Source of the DNA: a virus
Taxonomy: Duplodnaviria > Heunggongvirae > Uroviricota > Caudoviricetes
Direction: 5' to 3' (one strand)
Virus record (IMG/VR): IMGVR_UViG_3300031998_000029
Location: 79,666 to 114,910 of that record
DNA length: 35,245 nt
This document shows positions 35,122 to 35,245 of this stretch, piece after piece. The notes under the pieces are model-generated. The model was not told where the DNA came from. It made no database searches and was given only the letters and a program-made list of their open reading frames with translations. Made by a program: the position numbers and the translations under genes. The stretch's first letter is position 1. Each line of letters starts with the position of its first letter.

Positions 35122-35245
35122 TCGGTCGCTCGGTCGGTCGGTCGCTCGGTCGGTCGGTCGCTCGGTCGGTCGGTCGCTCGGTCGGTCGGTCGGTCGGTCG
35201 CTCGGTCGGTCGGTCGCTCGGTCGGTCGGTCGGTCGGTCGCTCGG
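35122..35245. repeat. TCG(G/C) tetranucleotide array, at least 31 units, open at the window end
   Basis: 24 TCGG and 7 TCGC units; TCGC separated by runs of 3 or 5 TCGG. Confidence 0.95.

Noticed and set aside
35122-35245. CRISPR array
   Set aside because: It is a 4-nt microsatellite with no unique spacers, and there are no cas genes; the 36-bp repeat at 12754 is likewise spacer-less and coding.
1-35245. Diversity-generating retroelement, tRNA genes, lysis cassette, att sites
   Set aside because: I saw no reverse transcriptase motifs, template/variable repeat pair, cloverleaf, holin/endolysin, or host-phage boundary in this window.

Overview
The window is a 35 kb segment of a large tailed-phage or prophage genome. 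Its layout resembles SPbeta-like siphoviruses, and the SD motifs and gene content suggest a Firmicutes (probably Clostridia) host, which is an inference. Almost all genes are on the minus strand. Right to left they run: tyrosine recombinase, SF2-helicase-like protein, small Cys-rich protein, YonO-like single-subunit RNA polymerase (DSDGD motif), Zn-ribbon/GIY-YIG fusion protein, intrinsic terminator, then the late region. The late region holds a metallophosphoesterase, a second tyrosine recombinase, HU, a putative TerS, TerL, portal, prohead protease/scaffold, decoration protein, major capsid, neck proteins, an Ig-tipped tail tube, RusA, putative chaperones, a 2416-aa tape measure protein, and a tail protein running off the left edge. 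The clearest hidden element is a 1051-nt group I intron (21505-22555) splitting terL. Its P/Q/R/S core, P1 U-G splice site and omega-G are all readable, and it carries an HNH homing endonuclease whose stop codon crosses the 3' splice site. At the right end a divergent plus-strand gene encodes an atypical sigma-70-like protein. It is followed by a terminator, a T16 tract and a TCG(G/C) tetranucleotide array that runs off the window. All product calls come from motif recognition and synteny; no database searches were run. No tRNA, rRNA or CRISPR array was seen.
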